A stretch of DNA of 64,000 nucleotides from an uncultured bacterium. Its GTDB lineage: Bacteria; Babelota; Babeliae; Babelales; Vermiphilaceae. Shown here piece by piece: positions 40,268-52,671 of this stretch. The notes under the pieces were generated by a model. The model had not been told where the DNA came from and did no database searches. It saw nothing but the letters and a program-made list of their open reading frames with translations. Position 1 is the first letter of the stretch. Every line of letters starts with the position of its first letter. Made by a program: the position numbers and the translations under genes. Location of the stretch: assembly GCA_963701085.1 (NCBI GenBank), contig OY969561.1, forward strand, positions 1,120,001 to 1,184,000, given 5' to 3'.

Positions 40268-41098
40268 GTCAAGTAATCGGCTTAATCGCCTTTGTAAGCG
40301 TTTAATTTCATTAAAATTATATTCAATAAGCTCTCGGAAATTTTCTTGTTCTAATTCAGTGTATGCATAATGCGCTTGTGCAGCTAATCTCTTTTTAAGT
40401 TCGCAGAGCTTTTCTGGGGGATAAAGTGCGATAAGATCATTTAAAATTTTATGAAGATTTTTTAAGGCAATTTTTGCTTTAGAAGATAATCTTTTTTTAT
40501 CTAAACCTTGTATAAAGTTACCCGCTTTTGTAGCTAATAACTCTTTTTTACAAAATAGTGCGTCCATATCAATCGCATAAAAATGATCATTGTCCTCATC
40601 ATAAAAAAGATTGCCGTTATGCCGATCGCTATTGTTGAGGAATATATCGAGAGCCACAATTTTGTAGAGATCTTTGTGTGTCATGAGACTTTCTAATTTT
40701 GCTCTGTTGGTAAGTCCTGATCTTATGCTAAAAAAACTAATTGCATTATTCATTCTCCTCACTTCATTGCCAGGTACAAGGGTGTGGAGAGTTTTTATGT
40801 GATGGGGAAATTTATCAACAGAGCTGAGAGAAGGGTCGTACGGGGGAAATATTTTTACGTGATTAATGTTAACGCCGATAGATCTTCCTACTTCAGCTCC
40901 AAGAGCATCATTAAGTGCGTGGTTGGGACTGCGAGGATATTTTAAGATAAATTTTCTGTTATGAGCATCCTCCACAAAAATAATTCTTCTGACGCATTTT
41001 ATCTGTTGTAATGGTGGAGTAAAAAAATCATTTGAAAAAGCAATGCTCGTAAAACATAATAACACAACAAACAATAAACGAGCGTTTATAGTGGCCAT
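40265..41098 (-). CDS. Secreted HipA/PI3-4-kinase-like kinase
   Basis: Signal peptide; FILK, LDIFLNNSDRHNGNL, AIDMD. Confidence 0.72.
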   Translation of the reverse strand: MATINARLLFVVLLCFTSIAFSNDFFTPPLQQIKCVRRIIFVEDAHNRKFILKYPRSPNHALNDALGAEVGRSIGVNINHVKIFPPYDPSLSSVDKFPHHIKTLHTLVPGNEVRRMNNAISFFSIRSGLTNRAKLESLMTHKDLYKIVALDIFLNNSDRHNGNLFYDEDNDHFYAIDMDALFCKKELLATKAGNFIQGLDKKRLSSKAKIALKNLHKILNDLIALYPPEKLCELKKRLAAQAHYAYTELEQENFRELIEYNFNEIKRLQRRLSRLLD

Positions 41099-41868
41099 TG
41101 TACACTCACTTTTTTGCGTGATGTAGTGATAAGATTGCGTTCTGTGAGCCATGATAAGAATATGTGCTTGATGAATAGGGCGCGTTCAAGACATGCGGCA
41201 ACTGCAGCTATTTTTGTATCGTTGGTGGGGAAAATGGTGCTGAGGTGTAGGCGTTTTATGGTTTGAGCGATACTTAAATATCGTTTGCATGTTTTTATTT
41301 CATGTTCAATTGTTTCAATGAATGTGATTAATGGGTGAGAAAGATCGGTCGGATTTTTTTTGTTAACGTGATGTTCGCCAATTGCGCGTATTAATTCTTG
41401 TTCAAGTTCATGCGGTGATACGCTGCATAACATTTCAAAGTTGTAATCAGATTTCCAGCGTGACCAGCGGGTGGCATGTGTAAGGTAATGGTAGTCAGAT
41501 GATAAGAGTAAGCTGGTGGTGCCGTACGCGGTGAGTCCTGTACCCACCACAATGTTATAGCGATAGTGCCAGATGAGATTTTGTAGTAACTCTTTTGCGC
41601 TGTTGTAATTATCTTTGGTGAATGTTTGTTGTGCTTTTTCCATGATGTGGAGTCCAATATCTCTCATTTGCATGCCAACAGCATGAATAGTTGATGTTGT
41701 GGTGGTGTTAATTGTTGGACTTATGTTTGTGGTATAGTTTGGCGTAGTGGTGACGTTTATGTTATGAGGTATAGGTTGTGCCCCGGAACTTTGCGTGGAA
41801 GGCGTAATGTGTAGTGGCGATAGTGCAATAAAAAATAATATGTAGAGAATTTTTGTTGTATGTTTCAC
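41086..41868 (-). CDS. Hypothetical protein, paralog of 41892..42674
   Basis: Shared motifs WHYRY, FEMLC, PTDLSHPL, EIKTCKRY, LERALFIKH. Confidence 0.8.
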   Translation of the reverse strand: MKHTTKILYILFFIALSPLHITPSTQSSGAQPIPHNINVTTTPNYTTNISPTINTTTTSTIHAVGMQMRDIGLHIMEKAQQTFTKDNYNSAKELLQNLIWHYRYNIVVGTGLTAYGTTSLLLSSDYHYLTHATRWSRWKSDYNFEMLCSVSPHELEQELIRAIGEHHVNKKNPTDLSHPLITFIETIEHEIKTCKRYLSIAQTIKRLHLSTIFPTNDTKIAAVAACLERALFIKHIFLSWLTERNLITTSRKKVSVQWPL

Positions 41869-41891
41869 TGACTCAATCCTTTTTTTATGAC

Positions 41892-42674
41892 TTAATTTTT
41901 TTGATTGCTAGCAATATTGTACTCTGCCAGCCATGATAAAAATAGATGTTTGATAAATAATGCGCGTTCAAGCAGTTGAGTGGCCTGATGTATCTTGTTA
42001 TCACTGGTGGGGAAAATTGGTATGAGGTGTAAACGTTTTATTATTTTTGCAATTTTAATATAACGTTTGCACGTTTTTATTTCTGTATCAACGGCATACA
42101 CAAATGTTGTTAGTGGGTGTGCAAAATCGGTTGGCTTATCTTTGTTGTAATAGTGCTTGTTAATCGCACAGAGTAGTTCATGGGTGAGATCTTTTTGTGG
42201 TAGCGTGCACAAATCCTCAAAATTACATTCCGGCTTCCAGTGTGCCCATATGGTGTTGTTTTGCAGTGTGTGGTAGTAGTCAACAAGCAATAGCATGCTT
42301 ATGATGCCGTATGAACTTACTACTGTTCCTCCTGTAATGTGGTAGCGGTATTGCCACAGTGCTTGCGTGATGAGATTTTTGAGGAGATGATAATTTTCTG
42401 GCGTTGCGGTGTTTTTAATTTTTTGAATGCATTGTAAGGTAATATCGCCAATTTTTACGCTGAAAGCGGAAGAGTTGGCGATATTAATTTGCGGACGAAG
42501 GTCAATTTGCGGACGAAGGTCAATTTGCGGACGAAGGTCAATTTGCGGACGAAGGTCGATGTGTGGGTCGAAGTTATTGTTGTATGTTGGCGCTGTGCTT
42601 GCTTGTTCGCACGGTAATAATGGTATACATTCAAAGAAAACAAAGATGAGATATGCTTTAAATATATAGCGCAC
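41892..42674 (-). CDS. Hypothetical protein with IDLRPQ repeats
   Basis: Paralog of the neighbouring gene; signal-like N-terminus. Confidence 0.8.
   Translation of the reverse strand: MRYIFKAYLIFVFFECIPLLPCEQASTAPTYNNNFDPHIDLRPQIDLRPQIDLRPQIDLRPQINIANSSAFSVKIGDITLQCIQKIKNTATPENYHLLKNLITQALWQYRYHITGGTVVSSYGIISMLLLVDYYHTLQNNTIWAHWKPECNFEDLCTLPQKDLTHELLCAINKHYYNKDKPTDFAHPLTTFVYAVDTEIKTCKRYIKIAKIIKRLHLIPIFPTSDNKIHQATQLLERALFIKHLFLSWLAEYNIASNQKN
42486..42575. repeat. 18-bp coding tandem repeat (4 perfect + 1 degenerate)
   Basis: (aatttgcggacgaaggtc)x4 then gatgtgtgggtcgaagtt. Confidence 0.95.
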
Positions 42675-42805
42675 AAGGCTCCTTTTTTAGTTAGATTTGT
42701 TATAAGATACTAACGTTTTTTATTGTTTGACAAGCATTTTATTTGTGTTGAATAAAGGTGTCAGTTTTTTTATAGTAAGCAATTAAACCTCTACGGGAGT
42801 ATGTA

Positions 42806-43381
42806 ATGCCAAGAAAAGCAATGTATCCAATTAATGATATGTTTATCAATCGTTGGTCGCCGCGGGCGATGTCGGGAAAAGATATATCACATGAACAATT
42901 AATGTCTCTTTTTGAAGCTGCGCGCTGGGCGCCATCATCATTTAATGGTCAGCCGTGGCGATTTATTTATGCGCATCGTAATACTCCGCAGTGGGATGCA
43001 TTATATAATTTAATGGTACTCGCAAACCAGGAGTGGACAAAAAATGCGGCGGTGTTGATGGTCGTTGTTTCTCGTAATAGTTTTGAATATAATAATAAGC
43101 CTTCACGTACTCATTCTTTTGATGCCGGATCTGCATGGATGTCTTTGGCTTTGCAGGCTTCAATCATGAATCTTGTTGCTCATGGTATGGAAGGGTTTGA
43201 TTATGATAAGGCTCGTAAAGATTTGCATATTCCTGATGAGTACACGGTTGAGGCGATGATTGCAATAGGTTATCCTGGAGCATTGGATGTTTTATCACCA
43301 GAGCTGCAAAAAAAAGAGGTGTTATCGGATCGCAAAAAAGTTGAAGAATTTATTTTTGAAGGAATTTTCAGTAGTAAATAG
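42806..43381 (+). CDS. Nitroreductase family protein
   Basis: RWSPRAM, EAARWAPSSFNGQPWRF, FDAGSA, HGMEGFD. Confidence 0.92.
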   Translation: MPRKAMYPINDMFINRWSPRAMSGKDISHEQLMSLFEAARWAPSSFNGQPWRFIYAHRNTPQWDALYNLMVLANQEWTKNAAVLMVVVSRNSFEYNNKPSRTHSFDAGSAWMSLALQASIMNLVAHGMEGFDYDKARKDLHIPDEYTVEAMIAIGYPGALDVLSPELQKKEVLSDRKKVEEFIFEGIFSSK

Positions 43382-43389
43382 GATACGAT

Positions 43390-43824
43390 ATGATAATGCG
43401 CGTGGTAACTTTTTTTGTTGATGAACTGTTGTGGATGATGACGTGGGGTTCTTATCAGCTGACGTTGGGTCTTATTTTTACTTGGTTTATGTTTATGCTT
43501 ATGGGTCGCATGCGGATGCTTCCTGCATTAATTTTAACCGTAGGGTCATATGCATTTGCCATTGTCACTTATTTTGCATTTGTTTCTGTATTACTGATTA
43601 ATTTTTTTCAATGGAAATTCGTTGGTGGTGGTACGCCCAATGTGTTTAATCCTCTTGACGCTTCATTACTTTTAGGTGGCATTTTATCGGTGCTGCAATT
43701 ATTTTTTTATATGATTATTAATTATTGGAGACCTTTTTTGGTCACTCATTTTTTTATACTTTCATTAATCAGTAATATATCAGCAGCATTTTGTGGCTCT
43801 TTTTTTATTAAGCTTACGTTGTAA
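43390..43824 (+). CDS. Hypothetical multi-pass membrane protein
   Basis: About four hydrophobic helices. Confidence 0.7.
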   Translation: MIMRVVTFFVDELLWMMTWGSYQLTLGLIFTWFMFMLMGRMRMLPALILTVGSYAFAIVTYFAFVSVLLINFFQWKFVGGGTPNVFNPLDASLLLGGILSVLQLFFYMIINYWRPFLVTHFFILSLISNISAAFCGSFFIKLTL

Positions 43825-43860
43825 TGATGAGATTGTTAAGAGATTAGTAGAATACCAAGA

Positions 43861-44639
43861 TAAGATTTAATCCCCAGCTTAACGCCGGGGACCCCTCCTT
43901 CGCGTAAAGCTACGGAGGGCAGGCCCACCTTCACTTCGTTACGGTTTTCTTTTCGCAAAGGGGTCTTGCAACCCCTCTGCACTCGTGCACAAGCTTCCAG
44001 CTTGACCTCTTACGGGTTAAAAGCAAGGTCGCTGATCCAGCCTGCTCCTGATCCCGCGACGGCTGGATGGCGACCGAGCCCCATGTCATTTTAAGAAAAA
44101 TGCCAGAAACTCGCTGGTAACCCTTCATGTACTCACAATATTTCGCACCCTTCGATACATTTTTGAAGACAAAAACACTCAGGGCGAGCGGAAAAAAATT
44201 CAAATCCTGTTCTCCCCGCGCTCGTCCTGAGCCTGTCGAAGGATTTCCTCGAGCGCAAATTTAAAAATAAGTACCTACACATTTCGCATGATGGTTTAGG
44301 CTGTGAAGCCCTGCGAACAGACTGTGGCCTGAATTCGTCCTCCTTCGCCAAGGCTTCGAAGGATTCTTTATTTGGGTACCCGACTGTAGCGAAGCGTAAG
44401 TTGGGTTAAAAATGATCGGGGGAATCCAAGGGAACCATTTGCCTGCCCTTCGTAGCCTTGGCGTAGTAGGGTGCACGAGTGCAGAGGGGTTGCAAAACCC
44501 CTTTGCGAAAAGAAAACCGTAACGAAGTGAAGGTGGGCCTGCCCTCCGTAGCTTTACGCGAAGGAGGGGTCCCCAACGGCCTGCCCTCCGTAGCTTTATG
44601 CGTAGGAGGGTCTAAGTTGGGGTCTTTGTTTTAATCTTA
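43861..44639. mobile_element. Composite inverted-arm element, copy 2 (core inverted relative to copy 1)
   Basis: 104-nt arms 43887-43990/44471-44574 with one mismatch; cores match copy 1 in reverse complement. Confidence 0.75.
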
Positions 44640-44651
44640 TCTTCTTCCCCT

Positions 44652-45974
44652 TTAATCTCTACTCAAAATCATCTTCATCTCTTTTTTATAATTCTCAACT
44701 TGCGGCTGATCAAAAGGATTCACGTGCAATAAAAAACCAAGATACATAATTTCTATCATTTTAATCTGCATAAATTGACCAAGATAATACGCAGATTTTT
44801 CAGGTAACATAACAGATACAAAAGGGCGGTTATCATTATGATATGCACGTTTTGTTCCTTCTAAAATAGCATCCATGATTGCGGTGAGGGGTTTTCCTTG
44901 AATGTGCGGGACAACTGCTTCAAATTCTTCATAGTTTGGAACAGTCACATTCGATTTGTTTTGTCCTACTGAAACAAACGTTGTAAATCTGTTATACGGC
45001 CCAGCCAAATAAAGTTGCGCAACTGAATGTAAATCAGTGCTGCCCAAAGATATTGTTGGTAAAACGCCGGTGTTGATCAGTTCTCCGGTTATATCATAAG
45101 CTTTGCCAACACTTTCAGCAGATAGTTGACGGTACCATGCGCCAAGGTTTGCAAGTGCAACAGAAAAAATGAATGTGTCATGAATAATATTGCCACGTTT
45201 ATAATGCGTTGCAATGAGTGCTGCACTTAATGCGGCAGGGTTATTACTGAATTGTTTGTGTGTGCTGAGTGAAAATCCGCTTTGCGCACCTGTGCAGAGA
45301 TTTTCAATATCAATCCCCAAAAAACAAAGAGGAAATAGTCCAACGGCGGAAAATAGTGAATAACGCCCACCAACAAGTTTTGGAACGGCAAGGTGTATAA
45401 ACTCTTCTTGTTGTGCAAGTTTCCACAGCGCAGAATCTTTATCAGTTGTTGCTACAACAAAGTTATGATAATTGTATGGGCGATGGCTTTTGAGAATTTC
45501 AAGGAATATCTCAAAGTTAGCAATGGTTTCTGTGGTGGTGCCAGATTTGCTAATGACGTTGAGAATGATATTGTTACCTGTTGCCAGTTCCCGCTCAACC
45601 AACTGCGCAATATTATTAACGTGATCAGTATCCACCGTATCAACAAAATAAACATCAATATCATAATGTTCGTTATAAAACTTTCCTCGTAACGCTTCCA
45701 GCACAGCAATGGTGCCCAAATTAGATCCCCCAATACCAATAACAACCAATGTTGTTGGGTTGAGGGATTTTGCCGTTTTTACGGCCATAGTGACTGTTTT
45801 TATCAGTTCGCCATCAAATGGCAGGTTTATTGATGCATAGTCGGTGTCATAATCATAGGTTCGGGCGTTATAAATACGTTCAATTTCTGTTTGCAGCTTT
45901 GCCTGTAACGGTTCTAGAGCTTCCTGGGCGACCAGACAGCTATTTTCGTGGTCAAAATGGATACTTTTCATCAA
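44652..45974 (-). CDS. pgi: Glucose-6-phosphate isomerase
   Basis: VIGIGGSNLG, ISKSGTTTET, VGGRYS, QLSAESVGK, DLHS, NPFDQPQVENYK. Confidence 0.95.
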   Translation of the reverse strand: MMKSIHFDHENSCLVAQEALEPLQAKLQTEIERIYNARTYDYDTDYASINLPFDGELIKTVTMAVKTAKSLNPTTLVVIGIGGSNLGTIAVLEALRGKFYNEHYDIDVYFVDTVDTDHVNNIAQLVERELATGNNIILNVISKSGTTTETIANFEIFLEILKSHRPYNYHNFVVATTDKDSALWKLAQQEEFIHLAVPKLVGGRYSLFSAVGLFPLCFLGIDIENLCTGAQSGFSLSTHKQFSNNPAALSAALIATHYKRGNIIHDTFIFSVALANLGAWYRQLSAESVGKAYDITGELINTGVLPTISLGSTDLHSVAQLYLAGPYNRFTTFVSVGQNKSNVTVPNYEEFEAVVPHIQGKPLTAIMDAILEGTKRAYHNDNRPFVSVMLPEKSAYYLGQFMQIKMIEIMYLGFLLHVNPFDQPQVENYKKEMKMILSRD

Positions 45975-46147
45975 CTTACCCTTGTTTTTAGTACAAATCC
46001 TTTTGCAGGTGATTGTAGCAAAAATGCTGCAGTGGTAGCGATAGACGTTTTATGCACCCCATTTGTGCAAATTATCGCTTTATGTTATTATATATAGGAA
46101 TAATAGTAAAACGTGAAATTGATTAAAATTCAACAAGAAATTCTTAT

Positions 46148-46903
46148 ATGGGGGTCATGATGAAAAATAATAAATCGTTTTTAGGGTTATTTTTGGCCGT
46201 TTTAGTGCTGTTGCCAGGCTGTATGCATGTGCCAACGTATCAGCGTAAATCATTGAAGTCAGTGAATGATCATTGTACTTATCGTGGTGCTGAAAAGAAT
46301 GTGATTATGCGGGCAAAAAAACTGAGTCAGGCAGAAAAGAATTATCTTTTTGGTGACCGTAATAGGTTGATTAATGATGAACTTCAGGGGATTTATGTTT
46401 CTGTTCATAATTTAGGTAATGTGCCATATGTTTTCTCTCATGATCATATTTATGTGAGACAAATAAAATATGGAGATGTTATTCGATCAATGAGAAAAAC
46501 CAGTAGTATAGTTAGATTGACTGGTAGTGCATTAATTGCGTGGCCTGTTCTTCCTGTTGCAATAGTTCTTAGTCCCGTGGCCATTGTGCCTATTATGGTA
46601 CCAATACTTACTGCTGGAATGGTTGGCTTTTTGGCTGGTTTTAGTGCAGTGGGCGGGGTTTTAAGTTTAACCTTTTTGGCTTATGGTATAAAATCCATTG
46701 TAATGAATAGACGTATAAGCAAAGATCTTAAAGAAAAAACATTACATGAAAAAGTAACCATTAATCCTGGTGATTCTTACGAAGGTCTTATGTTTGTTAA
46801 AGCAGTAGATTATAATCCGCAATTCAGTGTTACTATGCATGAAAAAGATAACAGAAATAATACTGTTACATTTGATGTTGATTTGCGGCAGAATAAAGAA
46901 TAA
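46148..46903 (+). CDS. Hypothetical lipoprotein/membrane protein
   Basis: Lipobox-like LPGC; internal hydrophobic hairpin. Confidence 0.7.
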   Translation: MGVMMKNNKSFLGLFLAVLVLLPGCMHVPTYQRKSLKSVNDHCTYRGAEKNVIMRAKKLSQAEKNYLFGDRNRLINDELQGIYVSVHNLGNVPYVFSHDHIYVRQIKYGDVIRSMRKTSSIVRLTGSALIAWPVLPVAIVLSPVAIVPIMVPILTAGMVGFLAGFSAVGGVLSLTFLAYGIKSIVMNRRISKDLKEKTLHEKVTINPGDSYEGLMFVKAVDYNPQFSVTMHEKDNRNNTVTFDVDLRQNKE

Positions 46904-46941
46904 GAGTAGAGTATATTTTTTTTAGATTGATTTAAAGATCT

Positions 46942-46976
46942 AAAGGCGCTCTGATAAATAGTTCAGGGCGCTTTTT
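46942..46976 (+). terminator. Intrinsic terminator
   Basis: gcgctctga-taaatagt-tcagggcgc-ttttt. Confidence 0.65.
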
Positions 46977-47113
46977 ACTGCAACATTATCAACTTGCCAA
47001 TATATTGTTTTTTTAAAACCCTTGTATTTAGCATTGTTTATTTGATATATTCATATATGATTATTGTAGAAATAGATGATTTAGTCCTTAAAATGAATGT
47101 ATTGGGGGTTTTT

Positions 47114-47797
47114 ATGAAAAATAATAAGTTGAATAGTGCATTGCTGAGTGTATTATTGATGATCCCAGGGCAGGTATTGTGCTCTGAGCCGTTATTGCCA
47201 GTACAACCGAGTATTTTTGATCGTTTATGGTTGTCTGTGCCATCTATGCCGGCCGCTCCAGAATGGATGACTAATTTCACCAGTGGGTTGTCAGATACCA
47301 AAAAATACTTCTTATATGGCGCAATGGCTGCGTTTTTGGGTTATATTGGCTATCAAGTAAGTGGTATTTCTTTTTTCAGCTCTAAATTTATGGCTGTTCC
47401 TACAGAGATAGATAATAGACCTTTATTGATAGTTAAGTCAGAGCAATTAGATGATGAGATTAATTGTAGAAATATAGCATATATTACAAGAGATTATGTT
47501 CCTACATACAATTCTCCGAAGAGGCAGAAGGCTTTTGAGTCTTATGTATGCCCGGTTCTAAATAAGCATCAGGAAAAGTTGGATTCTAAAGAAAACTGGA
47601 TGACATTTTTGACTAAGATTACATTTCAAAAACATCACAGGATGACTTTTACTTTGAATCAAGATGAGCTTGGTTATAAAATATTTTCATTAATAAATAA
47701 GACGTGTCCTAATAAAAATATTACAAATCCGTTAAAAGAATTATTAATTGAGAGAAATCCACGAGATACTGAGCTTTTAGAATTTTTGAATAAATAA
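47114..47797 (+). CDS. Hypothetical secreted/membrane protein
   Basis: Start MKNNK, signal peptide, one TM segment. Confidence 0.65.
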   Translation: MKNNKLNSALLSVLLMIPGQVLCSEPLLPVQPSIFDRLWLSVPSMPAAPEWMTNFTSGLSDTKKYFLYGAMAAFLGYIGYQVSGISFFSSKFMAVPTEIDNRPLLIVKSEQLDDEINCRNIAYITRDYVPTYNSPKRQKAFESYVCPVLNKHQEKLDSKENWMTFLTKITFQKHHRMTFTLNQDELGYKIFSLINKTCPNKNITNPLKELLIERNPRDTELLEFLNK

Positions 47798-47916
47798 GCA
47801 GATAAATTTAGCTTGTTAAGAGAAGAGTGCTTTGGAGTAATTTCAAAAGCACTCTTTTGTTTTTATAGGGTTTCTTTACAAACCCTAGCGCATGGTTTAG
47901 CTTAGTAATTATGTAG

Positions 47917-49796
<1,880 letters not shown>

Positions 49797-49827
49797 TAAA
49801 TACTGCAGTAAATATGTATTTAGTTTC

Positions 49828-50018
49828 TCGCTGCGCTCACCCTGAACTTGTTGAAGGGTTAAGCGCACATAACAAATAAGCTTTAATATCAAAAAGACAA
49901 AAAAAATAATGGTTAAGAAAAAACAAGAAGCGCTTTAATCCTTCAACAAGTTCAGGATGAGCGCAGCGAAGACCTGAACGCGTGTTTACGAGCTTGCCGA
50001 AGGCTCAGGACGAGCGCG
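49828..50018. repeat. Family-A repeat cluster
   Basis: gcgctcaccctgaacttgttgaaggg; ccttcaacaagttcaggatgagcgcagcgaagacctgaacgcgtg; gctcaggacgagcgc. Confidence 0.82.
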
Positions 50019-50028
50019 AAAGAACAAA

Positions 50029-51649
50029 GTGAAAATTGGATTAAAAAAAGTTCTTGGTCATATCATTTCTGGTTCACTCACTGAAGGTTTGATTATTCGC
50101 ATTTCCCCAGAAACGCCGCTGGAAGAAATAAAGACAGGAAAATTTGTTTCCATCTCCGGAAAAAATCATACCTTTTTTTCTCTTATTACTGATCTCACGT
50201 TAGAAGTTACGCATCCTGATATTTTACTTTTCCCTCCCACACCAGAAGAAACATTGCTCACATCACTTTTAAAACAGCGTGATATTTATGCAACCGCACC
50301 CTCAGGCCAATGCTTATGCTCACTCAAAGACAATAACCGTCACCGGTTAAAACTATTCCACCTCATTTTGCGGTAGTGCATGAAGCGGATAAACAAGATG
50401 TAGCACTTATTTTTGGTGATGAGCGCATATCAGTAAAAAATATTTTAGCATTGGTTGTCCGCTTGATATGGATACGCCGGTATGTATTGATTTGGAAAAA
50501 CTCACCGAACGAAGCAACGGTATTTTTGGTAAAACAGGAACGGGAAAAACATTTTTAACGCGCTTAGTTTTAGCGGGCCTCATTAAAAATGAAAAAGCGG
50601 TTAATCTTATTTTTGATATGCACAGTGAATATGGTTTGCAAGCACGCAAAGAAGTCTGAGCATCAGTCATTTGTAAAAGGCTTAAAACATTGTTCCCTGA
50701 TCGCGTTGCTATTTTTTCTTTAGATCCTGATTCCACACGCAGACGTGGTGGCAGTCCAGACGTTGATATTGTTCTTTCATATCAAAGCATTCAAGTTGAG
50801 GATATTATTATCGCTGCAAGATGAACTTAATCTTGCATTCAACGGCAATTGAAGCGGCCTATTTGATTGTTGCGCAATATAAACAAGATTGGTTGTATGT
50901 GTTGCTTAATCAAGGTGAAAATTTAAAAGAGTTTGCGCAATCAATTGGTGCTCATCCAGAATCAATTGCTGCATTGTATAGAAAATTAAAGCGGATTGAA
51001 CGGTTGCCATTTTTTAAGCCGCTGCATAAGGGTGCTCACAAAGACCGGTGATAGATCAGATGATGGAATATATTGATAAAGGTATTAATATTATTGTGGA
51101 GTTTGGTAATTATACTTCCACGTTTGTCTATCTTATTGATTGCTAATATTATCTACTCGTCGGATTCATGCGCAGTATGTTGCAAAAACAGAAAAGTTTT
51201 TGGGATCACAGCGAAAAGAAGATGAACCAAAAAAATTGTTGATCACGATTGAAGAAGCGCATAAATTTTTAAATCCGCAAGCAGCGCGGCAAACAATTTT
51301 TGGCGTGATTGCTCGGGAAATGCGTAAATATTATGTTTCCTTGCTTGTTGTTGATCAGCGCCCTTCAGGTATTGATCCAGAAATTATTTCTCAGATTGGT
51401 ACTAAAATTGTGGCGCAATTGAATGATGAAAAAGATATTCAAGCGGTGCTGACTGGCGTCAGTGGCGCCACTGCATTACGTTCAATTCTTGCATCTTTGG
51501 ATACAAAAAAACAGGCATTGCTGCTTGGTCATGCCATTGCAATGCCGGTCGTTGTTCAAACACGTGAATATGATGAAAAATTCTATCGCGATATGGGTGA
51601 TATGATTACTGCTGCACACATTGATCAGTTTGTGACTGAATTATTCTAA
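50029..51649 (+). CDS. HerA-like (HAS-barrel + FtsK/HerA) ATPase, broken by several frameshifts
   Basis: GHIISGSL, GIFGKTGTGKT, IFDMHSEYG, IEEAHKF, IAREMRKY, DQRPS distributed over several frames. Confidence 0.78.
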
Positions 51650-51754
51650 ATAAAATCCCACATTTTTTTTAAGTTCGCTGTTAATTTCTTGACGCTCATC
51701 GCATAAAAAGATAAAAAAAGAAATAGAATGAGATGCAATAAAAGGAGATCTATT

Positions 51755-52588
51755 ATGAGCTATATTTCTGTAGGAAAAGAAAATTCCGCTGATATCCAAC
51801 TTTATTATAAAGACTGGGGCACAGGACAACCAGTCGTTTTTAGTCATGGCTGGCCATTAACAGCAGATGCCTGGGAAGATCAAATGCTGTTTCTTTCAAA
51901 GAATGGCTACCGTTGTATCGCTCATGACCGTCGCGGACATGGCAGGTCAAGCCAACCAGGCACCGGCAATGATATGGATACCTATGCCGATGATCTTGCA
52001 AAACTAATTGAAGCTTTAGACCTCAAAGATGTAATTCTGGTTGGTCATTCAACAGGTGGCGGTGAAGTTACTCGCTATATTGGTCGGCATGGCACAAAAC
52101 GTATTGCCAAAGCTGTTTTAATTAGTGCAGTACCACCCTTCATGCTCAAAACAGATACCAATCCCAATGGCCTTTCTATGGAAGTTTTTAATGACTTGCG
52201 TAAAAATACACTCAAAGATCGTTCACAGTTTTTTAAAGATTTCACTGATCCATTCTTTGGTGGCAACAGACCAAATAGTCATGTTTCACAAGGACTCAAA
52301 GATATTTTTTGGCTACAAGCAATGATGGGTGGTTTTAGCGCGATTTTTGATTGCATAAAAGCATTTTCTGAAACTGATTTTAGAGAAGATCTCAAAAAAT
52401 TTGATATACCAACACTTGTTCTCCAAGGTGAAGATGATCAAATTGTGCCACTTAACATTTCCGGATTACTTTCATCAAAGATGATCCCAAATGCTTCTTT
52501 AAAAATTTATCCGGGGGCACCGCATGGTGTATGTTCAGTGTTAAAAGATCAAGTAAATGCTGACCTGCTCGAATTCTTCAAAAAATAA
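51755..52588 (+). CDS. Alpha/beta hydrolase, non-heme haloperoxidase (Cpo-like)
   Basis: [42 protein letters not shown]. Confidence 0.92.
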   Translation: MSYISVGKENSADIQLYYKDWGTGQPVVFSHGWPLTADAWEDQMLFLSKNGYRCIAHDRRGHGRSSQPGTGNDMDTYADDLAKLIEALDLKDVILVGHSTGGGEVTRYIGRHGTKRIAKAVLISAVPPFMLKTDTNPNGLSMEVFNDLRKNTLKDRSQFFKDFTDPFFGGNRPNSHVSQGLKDIFWLQAMMGGFSAIFDCIKAFSETDFREDLKKFDIPTLVLQGEDDQIVPLNISGLLSSKMIPNASLKIYPGAPHGVCSVLKDQVNADLLEFFKK

Positions 52589-52671
52589 GTCGGACTATTT
52601 TAGAACTTTTGCATCTAATGATATTAATATCAACTGTCGACAAATTGTCGACAACTCACTTCCTTCAGCAA

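Noticed and set aside
42486-42575. CRISPR array
   Set aside because: Contiguous 18-bp units without spacers, in frame in a CDS; no cas genes
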